The position numbers were made by a program, and so were the translations under genes. This document shows, piece by piece, positions 37,001-49,000 of a DNA stretch of 64,000 nt. Origin of the DNA: Macrostomum lignano. Its lineage: Eukaryota. The stretch lies in contig NIVC01001256.1 in NCBI GenBank assembly GCA_002269645.1, positions 1 through 64,000 of the forward strand, written 5' to 3'. The notes under the pieces were generated by a model. The model was not told where the DNA came from, did not search any database, and saw only the letters and a program-made list of their open reading frames with translations. Each line of letters begins with the position of its first letter. Within the stretch, counting starts at the first letter, position 1.

Positions 37001-40000
37001 CCTCTCTAAGCCTCTCTAAGCCACTCAAGCCTCTCAAGCCTCTCTAAGCCACTCCAAGCCTCTCTAAGCCTCTCTAAGCCTCTCTAAGCCTCTCTAAGCC
37101 TCTCTAAGCCACTCCAAGCCTCTCTAAGCCTCTCTAAGCCTCTCTAAGCCACTCCAAGCCTCTCTAAGCCTCTCTAAGCCTCTCTAAGCCACTCCAAGCC
37201 TCTCTAAGCCTCTCTAAGCCTCTCTAAGCCACTCCAAGCCTCTCTAAGCCTCTCTAAGCCACTCAAGCCTCTCCAAGCCTCTCTAAGCCACTCCAAGCCT
37301 CTCTAAGCCTCTTTAAGCCACTCAAGCCTCTCCAAGCCTCTCTAAGCCTCTCTTAGCCTCTCTAAGCCACTCAAGCCTCTCTAAGCCTCTCCAAGCCTCT
37401 CTAAGCCTCTCTAAGCCACTCAAGCCTCTCTAAGCCACTCCAAGCCTCTCTAAGCCACTCTAAGCCTCTCTAAGCCTCTCCAAGCCTCTCTAAGCCTCTC
37501 TAAGCCACTCCAAGCCTCTCTAAGCCTCTCTAAGCCTTTCTAAGCCACTCTAAGCCTCTCTAAGCCTCTCTAAGCCACTCCAAGCCTCTCTAAGCCTCTC
37601 TAAGCCACTCCAAGCCTCTCTAAGTCTCTCTAAGCCTCTCTAAGCCACTCCAAGCCTCTCTAAGCCTCTCTAAGCCACTCAAGCCTCTCCAAGCCTCTCT
37701 AAGCCACTCCAAGCCTCTCTAAGCCTCTCTAAGCCTCTCTAAGCCACTCCAAGCCTCTCTAAGCCTCTCTAAGCCTCTCTAAGCCACTCCAAGCCTCTCT
37801 AAGCCTCTCTAAGCCTCTCTAAGCCACTCCAAGCCTCTCTAAGCCTCTCTAAGCCACTCAAGCCTCTCCAAGCCTCTCTAAGCCACTCCAAGCCTCTCTA
37901 AGTCTCTCTAAGCCTCTCTACGCCACTCCAAGCCTCTCTAAGCCTCTCTAAGCCTCTCTAAGCCACTCCAAGCCTCTCTAAGCCTCTCTAAGCCTCTCTA
38001 AGCCACTCCAAGCCTCTCTAAGCCTCTCTAAGCCACTCAAGCCTCTCCAAGCCTCTCTAAGCCACTCCAAGCCTCTCTAAGCCTCTTTAAGCCACTCAAG
38101 CCTCTCCAAGCCTCTCTAAGCCTCTCTTAGCCTCTCTAAGCCACTCAAGCCTCTCTAAGCCTCTCCAAGCCTCTCTAAGCCTCTCTAAGCCACTCAAGCC
38201 TCTCTAAGCCACTCCAAGCCTCTCTAAGCCACTCAAGCCTCTCCAAGCCTCTCCAAGCCTCTCTAAGCCTCTCTAAGCCACTCCAAGCCTCTCTAAGCCT
38301 CTCTAAGCCTCTCTAAGCCACTCTAAGCCTCTCTAAGCCTCTCTAAGCCACTCCAAGCCTCTCTAAGCCTCTCTAAGCCACTCAAGCCTCTCCAAGCCTC
38401 TCTAAGCCACTCCAAGCCTCTCTAAGCCTCTCTAAGCCTCTCTAAGCCACTCCAAGCCTCTCTAAGCCTCTCTAAGCCTCTCTAAGCCACTCCAAGCCTC
38501 TCTAAGCCTCTCTAAGCCTCTCTAAGCCACTCCAAGCCTCTCTAAGCCTCTCTAAGCCACTCAAGCCTCTCCAAGCCTCTCTAAGCCACTCCAAGCCTCT
38601 CTAAGCCTCTCTAAGCCTCTCTAAGCCTCTCTAAGCCACTCCAAGCCTCTCTAAGCCTCTCTAAGCCACTCAAGCCTCTCTAAGCCACTCCAAGCCTCTC
38701 TAAGCCTCTCTAAGCCACTCTAAGTTTCTCCAAGCCTCTCCAAGCCTCTCTAAGCCTCTCTAAGCCACTCCAAGCCTCTCTAAGCCTCTCTAAGCCTCTC
38801 TAAGCCACTCTAAGCCTCTCTAAGCCTCTCTAAGCCACTCCAAGCCTCTCTAAGCCTCTCTAAGCCACTCAAGCCTCTCCAAGCCTCTCTAAGCCACTCC
38901 AAGCCTCTCTAAGCCTCTCTAAGCCTCTCTAAGCCACTCCAAGCCTCTCTAAGCCTCTCTAAGCCTCTCTAAGCCACTCCAAGCCTCTCTAAGCCTCTCT
39001 AAGCCTCTCTAAGCCACTCCAAGCCTCTCTAAGCCTCTCTAAGCCACTCAAGCCTCTCCAAGCCTCTCTAAGCCACTCCAAGCCTCTCTAAGCCTCTCTA
39101 AGCCTCTCTAAGCCTCTCTAAGCCACTCCAAGCCTCTCTAAGCCTCTCTAAGCCACTCAAGCCTCTCCAAGCCTCTCTAAGCCACTCAAGCCTCTCTAAG
39201 CCACTCTAAGCCTCTCAAGCCTCTCCAAGCCTCTCTAAGCCTCTCTAAGCCACTCAAGCCTCTCCAAGCCTCTCTAAGCCACTCCAAGCCTCTCTAAGCC
39301 ACTCTAAGCCTCTCTAAGCCTCTCCAAGCCTCTCCAAGCCTCTCTAAGCCTCTCTAAGCCACTCCAAGCCTCTCTAAGCCTCTCTAAGCCACTCAAGCCT
39401 CTCCAAGCCTCTCTAAGCCACTCCAAGCCTCTCTAAGCCTCTTTAAGCCACTCAAGCCTCTCCAAGCCTCTCTAAGCCACTCTTAGCCTCTCTAAGCCAC
39501 TCAAGCCTCTCTAAGCCTCTCTAAGCCTCTCTAAGCCACTCCAAGCCTCTCTAAGCCTCTCTAAGCCACTCAAGCCTCTCCAAGCCTCTCTAAGCCACTC
39601 CAAGCCTCTCCAAGCCTCTCTAAGCCTCTCTAAGCCACTCCAAGCCTCTCTAAGCCTCTCTAAGCCACTCCAAGCCTCTCTAAGCCACTCCAAGCCTCTC
39701 CAAGCCTCTCTAAGCCTCTCTAAGCCACTCCAAGCCTCTCTAAGCCTCTCTAAGCCTCTCTAAGCCACTCCAAGCCTCTCTAAGCCTCTCTAAGCCTCTC
39801 TAAGCCACTCCAAGCCTCTCTAAGCCTCTCTAAGCCACTCAAGCCTCTCCAAGCCTCTCTAAGCCACTCCAAGCCTCTCTAAGCCTCTCTAAGCCTCTCT
39901 AAGCCTCTCTAAGCCTCTCTAAGCCACTCCAAGCCTCTCTAAGCCTCTCTAAGCCTCTCTAAGCCACTCCAAGCCTCTCTAAGCCTCTCTAAGCCTCTCT

Positions 40001-43000
40001 AAGCCACTCCAAGCCTCTCTAAGCCTCTCTAAGCCACTCAAGCCTCTCCAAGCCTCTCTAAGCCTACTCTAAGCTACTCTAAGCTACTCTAAGCTACTCT
40101 AAGCCTCTCTAAGCCTCTCTAAGCCTCTCTAAGCCACTCAAGCCTCTCTAAGCCTCTCTAAGCCACTCAAGCCTCTCTAAGCCTCTCTAAGCCACTCAAG
40201 CCTCTCCAAGCCTCTCTAAGCCACTCCAAGCCTCTCTAAGCCTCTCTTAAGCCACTCAAGCCTCTCCAAGCCTCTCTAAGCCACTCTTAGCCTCTCTAAG
40301 CCACTCAAGCCTCTCTAAGCCTCTCAAGCCTCTCTAAGCCTCTCTAAGCCACTCAAGCCTCTCTAAGCCACTCCAAGCCTCTCTAAGCCTCTCAAGCCTC
40401 TCCAAGCCTCTCCAAGCCTCTCTAAGCCTCTCTAAGCCACTCCAAGCCTCTCTAAGCCTCTCTAAGCCTCTCTAAGCCACTCCAAGCCTCTCTAAGCCTC
40501 TCTAAGCCACTCCAAGCCTCTCTAAGCCTCTCTAAGCCACTCAAGCCTCTCAAGCCTCTCTAAGCCACTCCAAGCCTCTCTAAGCCTCTCTAAGCCTCTC
40601 TAAGCCACTCCAAGCCTCTCTAAGCCTCTCTAAGCCTCTCTAAGCCACTCCAAGCCTCTCTAAGCCTCTCTAAGCCTCTCTAAGCCACTCCAAGCCTCTC
40701 TAAGCCTCTCTAAGCCACTCAAGCCTCTCCAAGCCTCTCTAAGCCACTCCAAGCCTCTCTAAGCCTCTCTAAGCCTCTCTAAGCCTCTCTAAGCCTCTCT
40801 AAGCCACTCCAAGCCTCTCTAAGCCTCTCTAAGCCTCTCTAAGCCACTCCAAGCCTCTCTAAGCCTCTCTAAGCCTCTCTAAGCCACTCCAAGCCTCTCT
40901 AAGCCTCTCTAAGCCTCTCTAAGCCACTCCAAGCCTCTCTAAGCCTCTCTAAGCCACTCAAGCCTCTCCAAGCCTCTCTAAGCCACTCCAAGCCTCTCTA
41001 AGCCTCTTAAGCCACTCAAGCCTCTCCAAGCCTCTCTAAGCCTCTCTAAGCCTCTCTAAGCCACTCAAGCCTCTCTAAGCCTCTCCAAGCCTCTCTAAGC
41101 CTCTCTAAGCCACTCAAGCCTCTCTAAGCCACTCCAAGCCTCTCTAAGCCACTCAAGCCTCTCCAAGCCTCTCCAAGCCTCTCTAAGCCTCTCTAAGCCA
41201 CTCCAAGCCTCTCTAAGCCTCTCTAAGCCTTCTAAGCCACTCTAAGCCTCTCTAAGCCTCTCTAAGCCACTCCAAGCCTCTCTAAGCCTCTCTAAGCCAC
41301 TCCAAGCCTCTCTAAGCTCTCTAAGCCTCTCTAAGCCACTCCAAGCCTCTCTAAGCCTCTCTAAGCCTCTAAGCCTCTCTAAGCCTCTCTAAGCCTCTCT
41401 AAGCCACTCCAAGCCTCTCTAAGCCTCTCTAAGCCACTCAAGCCTCTCCAAGCCTCTCTAAGCCACTCCAAGCCTCTCTAAGTCTCTCTAAGCCTCTCTA
41501 AGCCACTCCAAGCCTCTCTAAGCCTCTCTAAGCCTCTCTAAGCCACTCCAAGCCTCTCTAAGCCTCTCTAAGCCTCTCTAAGCCACTCCAAGCCTCTCTA
41601 AGCCTCTCTAAGCCACTCAAGCCTCTCCAAGCCTCTCTAAGCCACTCCAAGCCTCTCTAAGCCTCTTTAAGCCACTCAAGCCTCTCCAAGCCTCTCTAAG
41701 CCTCTCTTAGCCTCTCTAAGCCACTCAAGCCTCTCTAAGCCTCTCCAAGCCTCTCTAAGCCTCTCTAAGCCACTCAAGCCTCTCTAAGCCACTCCAAGCC
41801 TCTCTAAACCACTCAAGCCTCTCCAAGCCTCTCCAAGCCTCTCTAAGCCTCTCTAAGCCACTCCAAGCCTCTCTAAGCCTCTCTAAGCCTCTCTAAGCCA
41901 CTCTAAGCCTCTCTAAGCCTCTCTAAGCCACTCCAAGCCTCTCTAAGCCTCTCTAAGCCACTCAAGCCTCTCCAAGCCTCTCTAAGCCACTCCAAGCCTC
42001 TCTAAGCCTCTCTAAGCCTCTCTAAGCCACTCCAAGCCTCTCTAAGCCTCTCTAAGCCTCTCTAAGCCACTCCAAGCCTCTCTAAGCCTCTCTAAGCCTC
42101 TCTAAGCCACTCCAAGCCTCTCTAAGCCTCTCTAAGCCACTCAAGCCTCTCCAAGCCTCTCTAAGCCACTCCAAGCCTCTCTAAGCCTCTCTAAGCCTCT
42201 CTAAGCCTCTCTAAGCCACTCCAAGCCTCTCTAAGCCTCTCTAAGCCACTCAAGCCTCTCTAAGCCACTCCAAGCCTCTCTAAGCCTCTCTAAGCCACTC
42301 TAAGTTTCTCCAAGCCTCTCCAAGCCTCTCTAAGCCTCTCTAAGCCACTCCAAGCCTCTCTAAGCCTCTCTAAGCCTCTCTAAGCCACTCTAAGCCTCTC
42401 TAAGCCTCTCTAAGCCACTCCAAGCCTCTCTAAGCCTCTCTAAGCCACTCAAGCCTCTCCAAGCCTCTCTAAGCCACTCCAAGCCTCTCTAAGCCTCTCT
42501 AAGCCTCTCTAAGCCACTCCAAGCCTCTCTAAGCCTCTCTAAGCCTCTCTAAGCCACTCCAAGCCTCTCTAAGCCTCTCTAAGCCTCTCTAAGCCACTCC
42601 AAGCCTCTCTAAGCCTCTCTAAGCCACTCAAGCCTCTCCAAGCCTCTCTAAGCCACTCCAAGCCTCTCTAAGCCTCTCTAAGCCTCTCTAAGCCTCTCTA
42701 AGCCACTCCAAGCCTCTCTAAGCCTCTCTAAGCCACTCAAGCCTCTCCAAGCCTCTCTAAGCCACTACAAGCCTCTCTAAGCCACTCTAAGCCTCTCCAA
42801 GCCTCTCCAAGCCTCTCTAAGCCTCTCTAAGCCACTCAAGCCTCTCCAAGCCTCTCTAAGCCACTCCAAGCCTCTCTAAGCCACTCTAAGCCTCTCTAAG
42901 CCTCTCCAAGCCTCTCCAAGCCTCTCTAAGCCTCTCTAAGCCACTCCAAGCCTCTCTAAGCCTCTCTAAGCCACTCAAGCCTCTCCAAGCCTCTCTAAGC

Positions 43001-46000
43001 CACTCCAAGCCTCTCTAAGCCTCTTTAAGCCACTCAAGCCTCTCCAAGCCTCTCTAAGCCACTCTTAGCCTCTCTAAGCCACTCAAGCCTCTCTAAGCCT
43101 CTCTAAGCCTCTCTAAGCCACTCCAAGCCTCTCTAAGCCTCTCTAAGCCACTCAAGCCTCTCCAAGCCTCTCTAAGCCACTCCAAGCCTCTCCAAGCCTC
43201 TCTAAGCCTCTCTAAGCCACTCCAAGCCTCTCTAAGCCTCTCTAAGCCACTCCAAGCCTCTCTAAGCCACTCCAAGCCTCTCCAAGCCTCTCTAAGCCTC
43301 TCTAAGCCACTCCAAGCCTCTCTAAGCCTCTCTAAGCCTCTCTAAGCCACTCCAAGCCTCTCTAAGCCTCTCTAAGCCTCTCTAAGCCACTCCAAGCCTC
43401 TCTAAGCCTCTCTAAGCCACTCAAGCCTCTCCAAGCCTCTCTAAGCCACTCCAAGCCTCTCTAAGCCTCTCTAAGCCTCTCTAAGCCTCTCTAAGCCTCT
43501 CTAAGCCACTCCAAGCCTCTCTAAGCCTCTCTAAGCCTCTCTAAGCCACTCCAAGCCTCTCTAAGCCTCTCTAAGCCTCTCTAAGCCACTCCAAGCCTCT
43601 CTAAGCCTCTCTAAGCCACTCAAGCCTCTCCAAGCCTCTCTAAGCTACTCTAAGCTACTCTAAGCTACTCTAAGCTACTCTAAGCCTCTCTAAGCCTCTC
43701 TAAGCCTCTCTAAGCCACTCCAAGCCTCTCTAAGCCTCTCTAAGCCACTCAAGCCTCTCTAAGCCTCTCTAAGCCACTCAAGCCTCTCCAAGCCTCTCTA
43801 AGCCACTCCAAGCCTCTCTAAGCCTCTTTAAGCCACTCAAGCCTCTCCAAGCCTCTCTAAGCCACTCTTAGCCTCTCTAAGCCACTCAAGCCTCTCTAAG
43901 CCTCTCCAAGCCTCTCTAAGCCTCTCTAAGCCACTCAAGCCTCTCTAAGCCACTCCAAGCCTCTCTAAGCCACTCAAGCCTCTCCAAGCCTCTCCAAGCC
44001 TCTCTAAGCCTCTCTAAGCCACTCCAAGCCTCTCTAAGCCTCTCTAAGCCTCTCTAAGCCACTCCAAGCCTCTCTAAGCCTCTCTAAGCCACTCCAAGCC
44101 TCTCTAAGCCTCTCTAAGCCACTCAAGCCTCTCCAAGCCTCTCTAAGCCACTCCAAGCCTCTCTAAGCCTCTCTAAGCCTCTCTAAGCCACTCCAAGCCT
44201 CTCTAAGCCTCTCTAAGCCTCTCTAAGCCACTCCAAGCCTCTCTAAGCCTCTCTAAGCCTCTCTAAGCCACTCCAAGCCTCTCTAAGCCTCTCTAAGCCA
44301 CTCAAGCCTCTCCAAGCCTCTCTAAGCCACTCCAAGCCTCTCTAAGCCTCTCTAAGCCTCTCTAAGCCTCTCTAAGCCTCTCTAAGCCACTCCAAGCCTC
44401 TCTAAGCCTCTCTAAGCCTCTCTAAGCCACTCCAAGCCTCTCTAAGCCTCTCTAAGCCTCTCTAAGCCACTCCAAGCCTCTCTAAGCCTCTCTAAGCCTC
44501 TCTAAGCCACTCCAAGCCTCTCTAAGCCTCTCTAAGCCACTCAAGCCTCTCCAAGCCTCTCTAAGCCACTCCAAGCCTCTCTAAGCCTCTTTAAGCCACT
44601 CAAGCCTCTCCAAGCCTCTCTAAGCCTCTCTTAGCCTCTCTAAGCCACTCAAGCCTCTCTAAGCCTCTCCAAGCCTCTCTAAGCCTCTCTAAGCCACTCA
44701 AGCCTCTCTAAGCCACTCCAAGCCTCTCTAAGCCACTCAAGCCTCTCCAAGCCTCTCCAAGCCTCTCTAAGCCTCTCTAAGCCACTCCAAGCCTCTCTAA
44801 GCCTCTCTAAGCCTTTCTAAGCCACTCTAAGCCTCTCTAAGCCTCTCTAAGCCACTCCAAGCCTCTCTAAGCCTCTCTAAGCCACTCCAAGCCTCTCTAA
44901 GTCTCTCTAAGCCTCTCTAAGCCACTCCAAGCCTCTCTAAGCCTCTCTAAGCCACTCAAGCCTCTCCAAGCCTCTCTAAGCCACTCCAAGCCTCTCTAAG
45001 CCTCTCTAAGCCTCTCTAAGCCACTCCAAGCCTCTCTAAGCCTCCCTAAGCCTCTCTAAGCCACTCCAAGCCTCTCTAAGCCTCTCTAAGCCTCTCTAAG
45101 CCACTCCAAGCCTCTCTAAGCCTCTCTAAGCCACTCAAGCCTCTCCAAGCCTCTCTAAGCCACTCCAAGCCTCTCCAAGCCTCTCTAAGCCTCTCTAAGC
45201 CACTCAAGCCTCTCCAAGCCTCTCTAAGCCACTCCAAGCCTCTCTAAGCCACTCCAAGCCTCTCTAAGCCTCTCTAAGCCTCTCTAAGCCACTCCAAGCC
45301 TCTCTAAGCCTCTCTAAGCCTCTCTAAGCCTCTCCAAGCCTCTCTAAGCCTCTCTAAGCCTCTCTAAGCCACTCCAAGCCTCTCTAAGCCTCTCTAAGCC
45401 TCTCTAAGCCACTCCAAGCCTCTCTAAGCCTCTCTAAGCCACTCAAGCCTCTCCAAGCCTCTCTAAGCTACTCTAAGCTACTCTAAGCTACTCTAAGCTA
45501 CTCTAAGCTACTCTAAGCTACTCTAAGCTACTCTAAGCTACTCTAAGCTACTCTAAGCTACTCTAAGCTACTCTAAGCTACTCTAAGCTACTCTAAGCCT
45601 CTCTAAGCCTCTCTAAGCCACTCCAAGCCTCTCTAAGCCTCTCTAAGCCTCTCTAAGCCACTCCAAGCCTCTCTAAGCCTCTCTAAGCCACTCAAGCCTC
45701 TCCAAGCCTCTCTAAGCCACTCCAAGCCTCTCTAAGCCTCTCTAAGCCTCTCTAAGCCTCTCTAAGCCTCTCTAAGCCACTCCAAGCCTCTCTAAGCCTC
45801 TCTAAGCCTCTCTAAGCCACTCCAAGCCTCTCTAAGCCTCTCTAAGCCTCTCTAAGCCACTCCAAGCCTCTCTAAGCCTCTCTAAGCCTCTCTAAGCCAC
45901 TCCAAGCCTCTCTAAGCCTCTCTAAGCCTCTCTAAGCCACTCAAGCCTCTCCAAGCCTCTCTAAGCTACTCTAAGCTACTCTAAGCTACTCTAAGCTACT

Positions 46001-49000
46001 CTAAGCTACTCTAAGCTACTCTAAGCTACTCTAAGCTACTCTAAGCTACTCTAAGCTACTCTAAGCTACTCTAAGCTACTCTAAGCCTCTCTAAGCCTCT
46101 CTAAGCCTCTCTAAGCCTCTCTAAGCCACTCTAAGCCTCTCTAAGCCACTCCAAGCCTCTATAGGCCATTCTAAGCCTCTCTAAGCCACTCTAAGCCTCT
46201 CTAAGCCACTCTAAGCCTCTCTAAGCCACTCTAAGCTACTCTAAGCTACTCTAAGCTACTCTAAGCTACTCTAAGCTACTCTAAGCTACTCTAAGCTACT
46301 CTAAGCTACTCTAAGCTACTCTAAGCTACTCTAAGCTACTCTAAGCTACTCTAAGCTACTCTAAGCTACTCTAAGCTACTCTAAGCTACTCTAAGCTACT
46401 CTAAGCTACTCTAAGCCTCTCTAAGCCTCTCTAAGCCTCTCTAAGCCTCTCTAAGCCACTCTAAGCCTCTCTAAGCCACTCCAAGCCTCTATAGGCCATT
46501 CTAAGCCTCTCTAAGCCACTCTAAGCCTCTCTAAGCCTCTCTAAGCCTCTCTAAGCCACTCCAAGCCTCTCTAAGCCTCTCTAAGCCACTCAAGCCTCTC
46601 CAAGCCTCTCTAAGCCACTCCAAGCCTCTCTAAGCCTCTTTAAGCCACTCAAGCCTCTCCAAGCCTCTCTAAGCCACTCTTAGCCTCTCTAAGCCACTCA
46701 AGCCTCTCTAAGCCTCTCTAAGCCTCTCTAAGCCACTCCAAGCCTCTCTAAGCCTCTCTAAGCCACTCAAGCCTCTCCAAGCCTCTCTAAGCCACTCCAA
46801 GCCTCTCCAAGCCTCTCTAAGCCTCTCTAAGCCACTCCAAGCCTCTCCAAGCCTCTCTAAGCCACTCCAAGCCTCTCTAAGCCACTCCAAGCCTCTCCAA
46901 GCCTCTCTAAGCCTCTCTAAGCCACTCCAAGCCTCTCTAAGCCTCTCTAAGCCTCTCTAAGCCACTCCAAGCCTCTCTAAGCCTCTCTAAGCCTCTCTAA
47001 GCCACTCCAAGCCTCTCTAAGCCTCTCTAAGCCACTCAAGCCTCTCCAAGCCTCTCTAAGCCACTCCAAGCCTCTCTAAGCCTCTCTAAGCCTCTCTAAG
47101 CCTCTCTAAGCCTCTCTAAGCCACTCCAAGCCTCTCTAAGCCTCTCTAAGCCTCTCTAAGCCACTCCAAGCCTCTCTAAGCCTCTCTAAGCCTCTCTAAG
47201 CCACTCCAAGCCTCTCTAAGCCTCTCTAAGCCACTCAAGCCTCTCCAAGCCTCTCTAAGCTACTCTAAGCTACTCTAAGCTACTCTAAGCTACTCTAAGC
47301 CTCTCTAAGCCTCTCTAAGCCTCTCTAAGCCACTCCAAGCCTCTCTAAGCCTCTCTAAGCCACTCAAGCCTCTCTAAGCCTCTCTAAGCCACTCAAGCCT
47401 CTCCAAGCCTCTCTAAGCCACTCCAAGCCTCTCTAAGCCTCTTTAAGCCACTCAAGCCTCTCCAAGCCTCTCTAAGCCACTCTTAGCCTCTCTAAGCCAC
47501 TCAAGCCTCTCTAAGCCTCTCCAAGCCTCTCTAAGCCTCTCTAAGCCACTCAAGCCTCTCTAAGCCACTCCAAGCCTCTCTAAGCCACTCAAGCCTCTCC
47601 AAGCCTCTCCAAGCCTCTCTAAGCCTCTCTAAGCCACTCCAAGCCTCTCTAAGCCTCTCTAAGCCTCTCTAAGCCACTCCAAGCCTCTCTAAGCCTCTCT
47701 AAGCCACTCCAAGCCTCTCTAAGCCTCTCTAAGCCACTCAAGCCTCTCCAAGCCTCTCTAAGCCACTCCAAGCCTCTCTAAGCCTCTCTAAGCCTCTCTA
47801 AGCCACTCCAAGCCTCTCTAAGCCTCTCTAAGCCTCTCTAAGCCACTCCAAGCCTCTCTAAGCCTCTCTAAGCCTCTCTAAGCCACTCCAAGCCTCTCTA
47901 AGCCTCTCTAAGCCACTCAAGCCTCTCCAAGCCTCTCTAAGCCACTCCAAGCCTCTCTAAGCCTCTCTAAGCCTCTCTAAGCCTCTCTAAGCCTCTCTAA
48001 GCCACTCCAAGCCTCTCTAAGCCTCTCTAAGCCTCTCTAAGCCACTCCAAGCCTCTCTAAGCCTCTCTAAGCCTCTCTAAGCCACTCCAAGCCTCTCTAA
48101 GCCTCTCTAAGCCTCTCTAAGCCACTCCAAGCCTCTCTAAGCCTCTCTAAGCCACTCAAGCCTCTCCAAGCCTCTCTAAGCCACTCCAAGCCTCTCTAAG
48201 CCTCTTTAAGCCACTCAAGCCTCTCCAAGCCTCTCTAAGCCTCTCTTAGCCTCTCTAAGCCACTCAAGCCTCTCTAAGCCTCTCCAAGCCTCTCTAAGCC
48301 TCTCTAAGCCACTCAAGCCTCTCTAAGCCACTCCAAGCCTCTCTAAGCCACTCAAGCCTCTCCAAGCCTCTCCAAGCCTCTCTAAGCCTCTCTAAGCCAC
48401 TCCAAGCCTCTCTAAGCCTCTCTAAGCCTTTCTAAGCCACTCTAAGCCTCTCTAAGCCTCTCTAAGCCACTCCAAGCCTCTCTAAGCCTCTCTAAGCCAC
48501 TCCAAGCCTCTCTAAGTCTCTCTAAGCCTCTCTAAGCCACTCCAAGCCTCTCTAAGCCTCTCTAAGCCACTCAAGCCTCTCCAAGCCTCTCTAAGCCACT
48601 CCAAGCCTCTCTAAGCCTCTCTAAGCCTCTCTAAGCCACTCCAAGCCTCTCTAAGCCTCTCTAAGCCTCTCTAAGCCACTCCAAGCCTCTCTAAGCCTCT
48701 CTAAGCCTCTCTAAGCCACTCCAAGCCTCTCTAAGCCTCTCTAAGCCACTCAAGCCTCTCCAAGCCTCTCTAAGCCACTCCAAGCCTCTCCAAGCCTCTC
48801 TAAGCCTCTCTAAGCCACTCAAGCCTCTCCAAGCCTCTCTAAGCCACTCCAAGCCTCTCTAAGCCACTCCAAGCCTCTCTAAGCCTCTCTAAGCCTCTCT
48901 AAGCCACTCCAAGCCTCTCTAAGCCTCTCTAAGCCTCTCTAAGCCTCTCCAAGCCTCTCTAAGCCTCTCTAAGCCTCTCTAAGCCTCTCCAAGCCTCTCT